A stretch of 64,000 nucleotides of DNA, taken from the NCBI GenBank assembly GCA_024704765.1, contig JAKMXF010000111.1:1-64000 (forward strand), given 5' to 3'. The stretch comes from Oopsacas minuta. Lineage: Eukaryota; Animalia; Porifera. This document shows positions 24,161-37,100 of this stretch, piece by piece. A program made the position numbers and the translations under genes. The first letter of the stretch is position 1; every line of letters begins with the position of its first letter. A model generated the notes under the pieces. It was given only the letters and a program-made list of their open reading frames with translations. It searched no databases and was not told where the DNA came from.

Positions 24161-26773
24161 TTACTTCATTACGTCGCTAGGGAGTCGATTAATAAGAGGA
24201 TTGTTATATCTCCATTCATCACCTATAAGATCGAAGTGTCGTGTCATGAATACCTCCCCTCTTTCATTTCTTTCTCTCACGCCGGCACGCTGCGCTTCCT
24301 CAACCGCGTGTTTCGCATCAGTAGCCCTCTCAAGGTCCTCAGCTCTGAGGGCAGTAGTCAAATCCCTCCATACATATCTGCTTTCATACTTCTCCATTGC
24401 TTCAATCTTTTTAATCATTTTCCTAGCAGTTTGTAGGCTGTAAGTATCGAGGAATATATCACGATTCCCGTTAGGATAATCCGCATATATAACTCCATTC
24501 CATTCCCCATCAATCTTCATTACTAATCTCCCAGTAGTTTGATGTGTAATCTCTGCTGTAACTCTATGCTTCTTACCGCCGTAGAAAGGTTTACAGTGAA
24601 ATTCTATATTAGCTAAATAACCTGTCTTCTTGCATTCCATATAACATTTGCCTCCAATCTCAATCCATGGTATTGTTAGTATACTACGACCATAAGCCTT
24701 AGGTAACGTACAGGTATATTCCTCATCAAATGTGTGTAGATTCAATCGAATAATTCCTACGTTATGCACACCAAGAGACAGACCGAAGTACTTGCTCTGT
24801 GTCCAGTTATGTCCTGATACAGATATCCGTTTCTTGGGATATTCCGCATAGAATCCTGACACAGGTGGATGATGTGATACTTGTTCTGCTATGAATGTAA
24901 GAGAGTCATTCCCCGCCCAAGGGACAGGACCGCTCGTGACTAATTGGCTCTCTTCCTCTGTCATAGGGCGACGCTCACTCATATCCCAGTAGCATTTGAA
25001 TACCTCTCCTATGATTTAATAGATATAACACAGAATAGTAAACCGCAATAAACAGTGCTGTGAAAACGGAGTGAAAATAAATAGAGCGAATTACTGTCCC
25101 ATTCAAATGAACCTTGGAACAGGGTAGCATTTTTCGGCGTCTCTTGCGGTTAATGGACATTACAGAGTATTAACTATCCATCTTACCAATAACAGGATTA
25201 TACGGTTTCTTAGCTATAGCTCCCTTCCTAGCAGCACTGAATGTAGACAAGAAGTACTGTACACATTTAATGAATCTTTTCTCCTCTGTATCTCCCTCAG
25301 GTATACTTGTAAAGAGATGAGGATACGATAAGAACTCTGCGTACATTTCTAAGAGAGATCTTTTCTCTAGGATAAATGTAGGTAAAGTTATACGCGTCAG
25401 ATCCATGCCAACTTTAACCTAAAGATAATAAAGATAATAATATCATTAAGTATGCAAAATGACGTCATAATATACCTGAGATGCCATATGCATTAGCACG
25501 CCTCTATGCTGAGACACACCCTCAGATACATTATCTAGTTCCTCTAACTCCTCGTCCATTATAACGTCATGAGGGTGTAGACAGACTGGTTTAGATTCAT
25601 CATTTGATTTGTTGTGTCCAGGAGTGTTCTCTCCCTCTGTGGAGAATGTTTCTACGTCATAGAAGTAGTCAGTATCACTGTCACTATATAATACAGACAA
25701 GATCAATAAACTGGGTTCAGGGATCCATTGGTGGTCCACGGACGACAGCAGTGGGTCCACAGGATCTCAAAATATATGTGGGAGGGGATCCACGCGTGAA
25801 AAGGTTGAGGCCAGCACTGATTTAATATATCGTTATACATACAGCTCTTTACCATTCATTAGTATTATATCAGAATAAAATTACCATGGATAACATCATA
25901 CCTATTACAATCATTAGTTGTAACAGCTGTATTATTCTCATTAGAGACTGGTACAAACATCACTCCATTACTCCCTCTAGCTAGTATATCTTTAACGTTG
26001 CTCTCTTCCTTATTGGTTAATTCTGTAGCTGTACGACTGTCTCGTCTATCTGTAGGGGGATGAGGATCAGGGAGTGATATCATAGGGTGCATGGTGTCTA
26101 GACAGTCTCTGAACGCTATTGAGTATTCTTTGGTTAGGTCTTTAACTTGCTGTGAGTATTCTGATTGTAAATCTGATGTTAATGTTAGCTTTGTGTTAAA
26201 AGACTTTATTTGATCAGACAAGAGAGAGTAGTAACCTATAATAATGTAATAGAAGATATATTGTATGAGAATAATGGTTGTGGGCATATCATCTGGCTAC
26301 ATACCTTCAGCCTCAGCTACACAAGCTTGTATATCAGATGAATTAGCGGAAGTACGGTTACCTTCACAAGATAGTTTCCTTAGAATAGGAGGGGCTGATT
26401 GTAGCTGTATACTCTCTTGTAGAGCTTCTACCCATCTATCTCTATCTTCTGGGGATTGTGTCTAATAAGAAATACGTATAATTCTCAATCGAGTTGGCCT
26501 AGATCAGCTGTTCTAGAAAACGCATAATACCTGTAAATGAAACTGTTTACTGTCAGAAATAAGTGCAAAAGCTGTCTCATCACTGTCATCAATTTCTAAG
26601 ACAGCTCCTCTCAATTTAATACCTCCTCGCTTAGTTTCATTCACCATTTGTTCTCGCGAAATGTAATAACTCAAATACCCATTAGTTCTGTCTAACACGA
26701 ACCATCTGTATTGCCAACCTTTGACCACATTTGTCCATTTTGATAAAGGTCCTTGCATTATTTGATTATCCAT
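24161..26773 (-). CDS. OSBPL9: Oxysterol-binding protein-related protein, ORP9 type
   Basis: PH domain MQGPLSKWTNVVKGWQYRWFVLD. ORD lid MDLTRITLPTFILEKRSLLEMYAEF, KKPYNPVIG, and OSBP signature EQVSHHPPVSGFY. Confidence 0.93.
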
Positions 26774-26897
26774 GGTTAGCTAATTAGTCTTAAATATGAA
26801 AGTGCAATCTCGATTATACGGACTCGCTAGGACCTGTCAAGCGTCCAGTTAATCGCGGTTGTACCGTACTCTGGACATATAATATACTAACAATCAA

Positions 26898-27052
26898 AGC
26901 CACGGTTCGTTTGAAACTTGTTTCAGCTCCATCACCTCCATCAAGTCTAGCTGTCGCATGAATATTGTAAATAATATAATTCACTATTTTATTAGTGAAA
27001 TTCAATATGCTTAATTGACATCATGTGCAGCTGAAACAAGTTTCTCATTAAT
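26898..27052. mobile_element. MITE family 5 copy upstream of OSBPL9 (inverted, shortened)
   Basis: gaaacttgtttcagctccatcacctccatcaagtct ... atgcttaattgacatcatgtgcagctgaaacaagtttctcattaa. Confidence 0.75.
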
Positions 27053-27182
27053 CTAAATACAAATAACAAATAAATATTGTAAAGCATACAAATACTGTAT
27101 TGAATCATGCCAATAAGAAAGGAATAGATATACTCTCAATTCATAGCAGTTCTGTAGAAATACCAATTCACCAGATCTGTTG

Positions 27183-29414
27183 TTAGGATATGATACACCC
27201 AGATTGGGTCTTAGGCACTTGAGGGAACTGTGGGGCAATATCAGGCTCAGCTACTGGGGTAATCTCTTCTGTAGGAGAGGCGCCCTTAGAAGCAGATGGA
27301 GTAGCACCCTTATCTATATAAATATGACGTCATTAAATGGCATAAGTATAGTAGATGCCGATTATAAGCACCTGTGTTGCTACCCCCAAGGGTTTTAATC
27401 ACGTGCATACATTGTATATTTGTATATATAACTTACCTGCACTAGGAACAGCTGATTTGAAGTTAGAATAAGCTTGTGGTGTCCATAGTTCTGACATATC
27501 AGGTAGAGAGAAATCCTCTGGTTTAGCTAATCCGAATGTATCTTGATATTCTGGAGGTAGAGCAGCTTCAGGGATTTTATGATGATATCTATTGAATAAT
27601 ACAGTAAACTCCCGTTAAATCGAACACGGATATACCAAAATTTTCGCTAATATCGAAGTCTAAAATAGTACAAATATGGTCCCAAACTAACATAGATATC
27701 ATCGGTTATTTCAACGTAATTATCGCGGTCCCTTGAACTTCGATATCCGGGAGTTGACTGTATAGTGAAACCTCCAAAAACGGGGAAACAGATAGAATTA
27801 TTCGGCGTTCCTGACACCCCGTATATGGAGATTACATTGTAGCCTATAATATATTAATTATACATGAATCCATTCTCATGATTAGCCTTCTCTAGAAATC
27901 GTATAATCATAGGCCCCAGTTTCTGATAGAAAGGATGTCTGTCTGGTCTAGCTGCTTGTCCGGGGCCCTGAGCACTAGCGTATTCTCTACACAACTTGCC
28001 TGACTTGTCATATACTAGTAAACACAGAATAAACAACAATATCAACAGCAGTATATTCCAACTTACATGATTTACTCATTTGTAATACAGCTATAGCATC
28101 ACCACATTTATCTTCAGTCAACAGCTGTTGCCCCCAGAAACAGTATCCCTACAGTATATACATAAATAGGTTGTTTCGTAATTAATGGTCTTCATATTTG
28201 CTTATAAATCATAACCATAAATGATGGATTTAGGTTAATTTGAGGCGATTTCAAATAACATACACGAAATCCACCATCCATGGTTAAAATATCCAATAAG
28301 TATATAGTGGGAATTTTTCCATTATACTTACATAGCTCTGATAGAAGAGAGCTTTAAGAGATAAATAAGATCTCCATTTCCCAACTAAGAGCTTTTCCAG
28401 TGTTTCCAGAGAATGAGCTAACAAACAAACAAACAAACAAATAAATGGCGTCATAGAAAGATTATATCAATACACCTACCTGCATTCTCAAACATCTTAT
28501 GAGTATCCATTGCAAGAGCAAGAACAATTTGAGGTTTATGGCCTAGCTCTAAAGCTCTAGCTAGAGTAATCTCCTGAGCCTCAGCCTATAATCATTACGC
28601 CATAATTAATGTATAAGGAGGTTGTTATGACGTCATAACTTACCTGACACTGTAAGAGATAAGCTTCAATAACTCTAACATCCAAATCAGTAGCTTTCTC
28701 TATTTGTGCAGGTAAGTGAGCCTGTTCTTCCTTAGCGCAGTAGAATATACCAGCAGCTAGTTTGAGTGATGAGTGTACTTCTTTAGCTTCATCCATGGTT
28801 ATACTACACAACATTGATAGCAGTAAAAATACAATTCTTATGTAGCTTACAGCCGTTACACCATATTGTACCGATAATCCTCACCTGTCATTAGCTGATA
28901 CTCTAGCAGCATGTTTAGTAAACCATAGAGCCAAATTAACTAATACACTGATTACCTCAAACAGAGCATCAGCATGGATAGAGGGAGTCTTCCCGCCCAT
29001 ACTATTTGTCCATTTGAATGTTGTTAGAGTTCTTAGCTTTGATTCTGAGCTAGCAGCCGCTTCAGCAGGTGGAGTTATAAGACCTAGATATTAATGACGT
29101 CATAATTATAAGAGATTGATTATATGCGACAATATTTATTAATTAATTTACCTCTTAAAAGAGAGAGATAATTGAGTCCAGCTTCTCTAACTTCATCGGC
29201 TTGTGACGTATGATTAGATACCAGAGTAACATAACGAGCTCTTGTAACCTTCAGTTCTCTATAAAATAGGTGTGAAATTCCGCGTATAAGCAATAGATAT
29301 GTAATCATACCCGACTATTTTGTTAGAATCTCCTCCACACGATACTCTCTTTAATTCATCGAATTTAACAGGTACTGTATTCTTAAGGGTGTTTCTATGG
29401 AACCAATGAGCCAT
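27183..29414 (-). CDS. BROX: BRO1 domain and CAAX motif-containing protein
   Basis: N-terminus MAHWFHRNTLKNT, EAKEVHSSLKLAAGIF, LEKANHENGFMY, and C-terminal CAAX ...QSGCIIS*; about 9 small exons. Confidence 0.95.
27602..27760. mobile_element. MITE family 1 copy, directly followed by a family 2 copy (27763-27839)
   Basis: cagtaaactcccgttaaatcg...cgatatccgggagttgactg|ta|tagtgaaacctcc...ggagattacattg in a BROX intron. Confidence 0.85.
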
Positions 29415-29464
29415 GTTCTATACAAAAATATTCTGAATACAATCATTAATAAGAGAATATGTTA

Positions 29465-29700
29465 GGCTACTGTTAGTTGAGAGCTTGTTAAAGCTCCACC
29501 ACCCACACATGAATATTTCACCATTTTCTCAGTGAGATTCAACTACGCAATAAATGTACTAACTAATGAGTGAATAGTAGTGATTCATCTTCACAGACCT
29601 CCTTTAACACGCTTATTAACATATTTCGAAGTAGAGTCATTGAATTGGAAATGCTGCCCGTCCTCAGCTTGCTGAAACAAATTTCTAATTAACAGGGGTC
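29465..29700. mobile_element. MITE family 5 copy upstream of BROX (inverted)
   Basis: tta|ggctactgttagttgagagcttgttaaagctccacc...gctgaaacaaatttctaattaacaggggtc|tta: TTA TSD. Confidence 0.75.
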
Positions 29701-29848
29701 TTATCATATGAATAATCCCTTAGATAAATTGTCTAATTATTAGCCAATACAAATCTCATATACAGAGAAGAATCAGCATAGAATAAGGTAAATAAAGTGT
29801 AATATTTCGCGGTATAAGAGACAGGGTTGTATAAGATATGACGTCATA

Positions 29849-31421
29849 TTAATGACTCATCACAGACTGTACAGTACGGAAATTATTAACATTGACAGAT
29901 TTCATGACATTTTGTGACACGAGTGAACCAGATGGTTTCGTCTTAGGACCACCTGACGGATGAAATATTATCCGTTTAGTTTGATCTTTTCGCGTTTTTT
30001 CCAGCTGATAGAGGTCCTCTGAGTGTGAGGGGTACTTGTCAAATGTACCAGCTTTAGAACCTCCAAGATCTTTAGCAGGGGTAGAGGGTAGGAATGGTTT
30101 AGGTCTCTCCTTCTCACTAGGCTTATATTCTATCTCAGGAGGATTCGATTTGTCCTGTTAGATTAAATAATAGAGTAGAAGTAGTTAATAACGACAACCC
30201 AAGGGATTTGTCAAAGACGGACGATTGGGAGGCGACCACTATATAAATTGGCCGTTAGACAAAAGAAAGTGAGGGATTAAAAATGGTGGCCGCTGGCAGG
30301 ACGCTATAAAGAGGTTATGATAATTGGAAATGGAGCAGACGTTAAGCAGGTTTAGCCTATTGACAGTATATCATGAAATAAGAGCATATACCAAGTCTGC
30401 ATTAGCCAATTTTTTATACATATTACGTGTATATATATGATTAACAGCTAAGCTAATATACCTGTCTATATGGATTTCTATCAAATAGAGTTTGTGGATG
30501 ATTGAATAGTTTAAATGCTTGTCCTTTCAATTTAGACTTATGATCAGCTGTTTCCTTATGACGTAGCTGTTTAGCAGCTTCATAATCAGATTCCATATAT
30601 TTGAACTCTGCACCTATGGCTACACCCACATATCCGTATCCTGTTCCTCTCTTGCCTGGAGTTATTTGGAAGTTCTTACCAGGGGCACTGTATGGTGGTT
30701 TAGAGCGAACAGATCCTGCAGAATGTTCATATGATAGTTATAAACAATCAAACAGACAGACAGACAAATAAACAAATACAAAGTCAAAGTAACACATTTT
30801 CATAAGTTATATCGAATAAATTTTCGCGGTCTCTTGAGCTTCAATATAACGGGAGTTCACTGCAAACAAACAAACCAGGAAATGCTTCAATCTTCCCAGA
30901 GAAAGTACCACTTCCTGTCCCTGAGTATTTAGCAGGGGGGTTAGAAGGAATAAACGGTTTCTCTATAATTTGTTTCTTCTTCTCTTTAAGACGATCTTGT
31001 CTTTTACGCTTTATAGGATCAGTGTGTGCTTCTCCCTCCATTATACGGTCAAATCTCTCAGCAAAGTATCCACCAAGAGTTGCAGTACGAGTTTTACAAC
31101 CTAAAAAATAAATGCATACATAACCGAGCGTATTAGCAGTAAAAATGTGCATTTTGGATTGGAATAATTCCTCTAATAGAAATTTCGTGCAAAATATGAC
31201 TTGCTAACAGGCAAACTCTAGTGTAAATAAACAAATCAACCATCCATGGTTCCATTTCCTCTATAACAATATCTACCTGGTATTTGCAAAGGTTTCAATC
31301 CTTTATCCTGAGGAGCTTTCCCTCTGAACCCAGCTTCCTTCTTACCATAAGGATCAGATATAGTAGTATACCCAGGCTCTGAGAATAACCCTATTCTCTC
31401 CATCGCACGTTTTTCATTCAT
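29849..31421 (-). CDS. CFAP96: Cilia- and flagella-associated protein 96 (UPF0602/C4orf47)
   Basis: MERIGLFSEPGYTTISDPY, FIPSNPPAKYSGTGSGTFSG, PGKRGTGYGY and FHPSGGPKTKP motifs over 4 exons. Confidence 0.9.
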
Positions 31422-31983
31422 CCTTATGCAACTAACGCGTAATAATACGTGTATTGATGTAAGGTATATCTACACAGTTAATCCTATTAATTACTACATG
31501 TAAGTACACGTAAGGTAGTATTCATAGCAATCTGTTTACACAAGAATGATATTATTATTATCAGAAAGGATGTCACAATGTAAAGTTAGGCAAAAGTTCG
31601 TATAACAAATTAATTAGGTTCAATTCAGTTCCATTAGAGTCATGTACTTGAGTATATTTGATTATTAGGATAGAATAAGACTAGACAATATTGGGGGCTG
31701 AAATAAGACCCCCTCCCATAGACTGCGATACAAATTTTGAGATCCTATGGACCCATACTGTCGTACGTGGACCACCAAGGGGTCCTAGGACCCAAACCCA
31801 TCTCACCCAGTGTGTAACAATACAATAATATACTACTCAATACTTAATACAATAACTAAAGACACAAGTGAATAGTGCAGTTAATAATAGCAGTTCATAC
31901 AAGTACAGTAAACTACAAACAAACAAGAAAGCTCTAATGATAATAATAATCTTGAGTAGAGTACTGTATAGAGGAATGTAGCA

Positions 31984-32919
31984 TTAAGGAAGACAGCTGG
32001 AAAAGTTCCTGAAAGGGAAACTAGCAAACAGTCTGTATCCAGACAGCCGTGTTATCTGTATGCTTCTCTTACGGCGAGCTTTGTAGCTGTAGAGATACGC
32101 TAGTTGTTTGCTGTTGATACAACCGCGGATTTTACTAGAAAATACAAAATGACGTCACAATGTTATACAGTGAATGCAGGTTATAAGAACACATTGGAAA
32201 TAGTAATACATGTACTTATATGATATCGGCAACAACAAATCGTGAATATTTGTTATTCTTATGAAGCAAGCGAATAGCGGTAGTGATAATATAAATAACA
32301 AACCCTCTTAACATGTCTACAGTTTCTTTCGCACTCAGTCCTCGCTCAATGAGAGCAATAGCAGCTAGTAACGGGCCTCTACCCAGACCAGACTTACAGT
32401 GAATACAGATGGCTTCCTTAGGATTCACACTGACATTTTTTTGTCCGAGAAGGGTTATTAGACTCTCAATTAACCTTTCAGGAGGGACATCTCCATCTGG
32501 GTAGTCATAGTCCTATAAAGATTACGTCATAAATATAACGTCATCAGTTATAAATTTATATAGAATTTACCAGTAGGGTAATTCCTGCTTTCTTGAGAGG
32601 TTCGTCAGAATAGGATTGTTCACAACAACGTATTAGAGTAGTGACGTCATGTTCTTTAAGTGTCTACAAACAAATACTAATAATATAGTGTAACCTCCAT
32701 AAACGGGGTGCCAGGACGCCGAATGGTATCCCGCATGAGGAGGTTCATTTGTATGGGACTAGGAATTCGCTATATATATTTACTCGAAGTTCCCCGATTA
32801 TTTTGTTTATTAGAATAAGGCCTTACCTTAATAAATGCAGATAATGTAGTATCAGTAGGAGAAGGACACAATAAGAAATTGAGTTCCTTGTATTGTATTA
32901 GAGATGATGATAAACTCAT
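31984..32919 (-). CDS. PTP4A: PRL-family protein tyrosine phosphatase (last junction appears out of frame)
   Basis: FLLCPSPTDTTLSAFIK|TLKEHDVTTLIRCCEQSY, DYPDGDVPP, active site IHCKSGLGRGPLL, and RGCINSKQLAYL in the last exon; 4 exons. Confidence 0.88.
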
Positions 32920-34175
32920 TGTAGCTATTCTTATGAGGTTACTCGCTTGAGTAGTAAATTTAGCCGTCGAGAGGGGAGATATTGCAGTGATTATAGTCTG
33001 GGAGCGAAGCCTACAGCGAATACATTATATTAATATTACTACCCGTTACCCACAGCTTATTTTGATACAAAATTTGTAACACAAAATGCTGCATTTATAA
33101 CGAATATTTCCAAGTCAGTTAGCGTGGAAAATGATCTTACAATTATTCCGTAAGAGGCAAACAATTTGTAATTACAAGCGTGGGTTTTGTCGGTTCGCCA
33201 AAATTGCAATAACCGTGAAAAATACAAAATAACAAACAATGTAAAATATTTTGTGAATAAATATTACATATAACAAACCCGTGAAGTTTTTCTCATTTGT
33301 GTATGAAGCAGTTAGAACTTTGAGATGGTGACCTATCACTTTAGATGTAAATATTAGGAGAGAGGGTCTATCAGAGTTATTTACAAATAGCTTCAGAAAT
33401 TCAAAGATGATAATTGAAATAGTGAATAATACGATTTCATAAACATACAAGTATTTATAGGAACCGCTCAATAGACACATAGTTACATATACCACTGTAG
33501 GTTTCACTTAAGTAATTGAGATTATTCTAATTTAAGAACAAGTGTGTTAAAACCTTTGTATATGCTAGATCATGTCTCTTTATCTTAATATTATCAAGCT
33601 AGTTACATGTGAGACAGGTGGCTTGAAGATGGATTGCAACATCATGGTATATACCTTAATTACCCACGCCATAATACCTAAATTCACCAAGCATATTTCA
33701 TGGAATATTTCCCAGTAATCAATTAATAAGGAGGTCAGTCTGTGAGTGTAAAGTTCTGTTTCAATATATATATGTAACAGGAGTATTTGAAGTATAAGGA
33801 TGTTAAATATAAATGAAATATTAAATATAATGCCTGTCAGCAGCTCGAATTACGCTAGGGACTACAAAACGGAACGGAGCATTCACCCATGGCAAATTTT
33901 AATACATTTGGTAGACATAGACTGCAATAGAAATTTTGAGATCTTGTGGACCCCTGCTGTCTTCCGTGGACCACCTATGGGTCAATAAACCCCAGGTTTG
34001 GCAACTGCTACCCTCCGACACTGTAATATACAGCTTATCCCACAGTATACATTAGAAAATGGTATTAAATAAATGTATGATAAAGAGCTATAGCAAATCT
34101 CAACATTAACTATTTAACTAAGAATTATAAAGGAAGAAATTCAAATATACAAAAGACATAACAAAGTATTGATAA

Positions 34176-37100
34176 TCACACGTCAATTAGAAAAGCATTA
34201 GCTTCCTTCTGAGTAGGTGTATGAGTATTAACGCGTGTTTGTGAATCAAGCAGTGATCCGTTGTACTCTGTTTCAGTATTCGGGGGGGTGTCAATTAGTG
34301 TAGGGGGTGACGGAGCGTAGTATTCAGGGGGCGATCTGCTGGTCGGTGGTATATTACCCGGTGTAGGAGTGTCATTTAAGTCCTGGGTTACGACAGGCGG
34401 TCTGGGAGTAGGTTTATGCTTCATTGGTACAGTAGGACTGTTGAAGTGAGCCATGTTCTGTGGCATAACCTGTCTGGGGGCAAATGCTGGCATCATTGGA
34501 GGGAAAGGAGCGGGTGGGTAGTAGTTAGGGGGTGGTGGCATGAACCCTGGATGGTACCCGGGGAGAGGAGTAGGTTTCACTTGAGCTGTGGTTACTATCG
34601 GGGGTGCGTCTAGTCGCGAGGGGGGGCCTGATGTGAAGTTTGGCAATGTGGGAACAGCTGATGAAAATTGAGTAGGAGATTGGCGATTTTTGTCATTCTT
34701 AGCCTCGCTATCACTATTAGAAGACAGCTGTGAACTAGGAGATACAGATCGAGGACTGAGATAACTCTCAACTTGAGAACTAGGGAGAGAGGATTCACCG
34801 AGTTTCCGTTTCAATTCGGTAATTTCGCGATCTCTCCAACGAATTTCCTGCTCGTTTCTCCGCGAATTATATATATTCTCTTGCACACGCTTTTCAAGAG
34901 AAGCAATTTGTTCCAGGAGAGACTTTTCGCGTTGACTATGTTGCTGCTTCAACTCTGTAATCTCTGATTTAAGTCCTTCCCTCTCCGATCTAACAGAATC
35001 TATCTCATCATGAGATCTATGATCTTTCCCTTCTAACAATAATTGACTATTTCTAGACTCGTTCAATTGTCTATGTAGTTCAGATTCTTTCGTATTAAAA
35101 TACTCGTTTAGAACTTGTAGCTTCGTGTCAGAATCTCCCAGCTGTTTCTTGAGCAGAATATTAGAAGATTTGACACACGACAGGTTGTCATCTAAATCTT
35201 CACACCTCGCCTTAAGTGTCACATTGTCCTCACTCAGGAATTTATTTTGTAATTCAAACTTATCCTTGACTATTGTAACTTGTTCTAATTCACTCAGAGC
35301 CTTTGCAGTATTCGTCAAAGTGTCAAAAATAGTTTTTACTTGAGTATCAGTAACTTGGGATTTGCCAACAGCTTGTGGCTGTAATTTCAACAGTGAGTTA
35401 GTTAGCACATCAATCTCTCCTTCAAGTGTGTGTATACGTTCTGAATTCGCGGAAATTCTCACCTCTCTCTGTTTCAGTTCATCTTGTAATGAAGCCTTCT
35501 CTCGCTCCACTTCATCGCGGTTTTTCTCAACTTTTGCCAACCTTTCTTTGAGCTCAGCGAAGCTGTCAATATTCGCATCAAGCCGCAATTGTAACGTCAT
35601 CTTTTCCGTATCAACCTGCCTCATTTGACCATGGATAATATCCATCTTACTATTAAGAGAGAGTATTTCCTCTTGAGCTGACGAATTCAGTGTCCCTAAC
35701 CTCTCTGCTTCAATACACTTATCATTAAGTGCATTTTGTGTGGATAATAGCTCAGAATTGCATTGTGTAGATTCAGATTCTAATTGCATGATGTATCGGG
35801 ATTTAGATTCTAATTCCTGATTACAGGTTCCAAGATTCGATTTCAGGGAAATTAGCTCTTCTTGTGAGGCAGCGTTCGCTTCTTTTAAGGTGTCATTTTT
35901 TGCGATTTTCGACTCAAGCGTTTTCTTATCTTTCTGTAGAGTAGCAACCTTCTGTTCCAGAGCCTTGACATGATTAACTGTAAGAATTTTCTGCTTCACA
36001 ACTTCATTTCTAACACTACTTCTACTCACATATAAATGAGTTATTAATAGAGGTATAGCTGTGTATAGTGTTATGTAGAATACACCATATCTGTGGATAT
36101 AATCGCGGATTATGTCACCTAGAGGTGAGGGGATGAAGCCGAATAGTTTGGTATTTTCATGTTCAATGTGTTGTTCTTCTGGGTGGGAATTTTCGTGAGG
36201 AATATCTTCGCTAGAGGGAAGTTCAGTAGGTGATTGATCTATGGGTATTTCCTGTTGATTGTCTTCTATAGCATCTTCAAGTTGTGAAATTTCACGATCT
36301 GGATCATCCACAACTTCATGTACAAATTCATCAGTAGTCTCAGGCTGTGAAATTTCGAGAGTTGGATCATCCACGTGTTCATGTACATATTCATCAGTAG
36401 TTTCTGGCTGTGAAATTTCGAGAGTTGGATCATCCACGTGTTCATGTACATATTCATCAGTAGTTTCTGGCTGTGAAATTTCGCGATATGGATCATTCAA
36501 ATCTGCATATACAGACTCGTCCGTAGTTTCGAGCTCTGAAAGTTCACTATCTGAACTCTCAAATGGATCTAAGCTACCAGATTCATACTCAGGCTCGCTG
36601 TCGTAATGATCTTCCTGGTTTGAAATTTCGCGATATCCATCATCAATATGCGCTTCACTAGGCACTGTTACCTCCTCATATACATCAGGGGTTTCGTAAG
36701 TAAAATCTTCTCTGTGTGAAGTTTCACGATATTCCTCAACCGGTGGAACGTATTCTTCAACAATCTCTGGTTCATATAGAGGTGTCTCTACAGGAGTTAA
36801 GTCATCAATAGGAGGAGGAGGAGAGGGAACTTCCGGTTGTCTAGCAGCCTCCTCAGCTTCCAGTATAATCCTAGCAGCTGATGGATCAGATAACAGCTCA
36901 GAGTATCTATCAGGTTCTATCTCATCCAAACGCAATACTCCTTCAGCTTCTAGAATTCTATTCAAGAATTCTTGATCCATCTGTCTTTTGAGGTTATTCA
37001 TCGCTTCTGTGTCTGGCGCGTGAAAATCAGCTGTCTCAATTGGATCAGATTTTAGTCTCCATTCATTGACCGTATCAGGGATCTCTGGATTATCTCTCAA

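Noticed and set aside
23006-32156. U12-type (minor) introns suggested by a conserved motif near the 3' splice site
   Set aside because: Donors are ordinary GTAAGT/GTTTGT types, not RTATCCTT, and the motif is TGACGTCA rather than TCCTTAAC.
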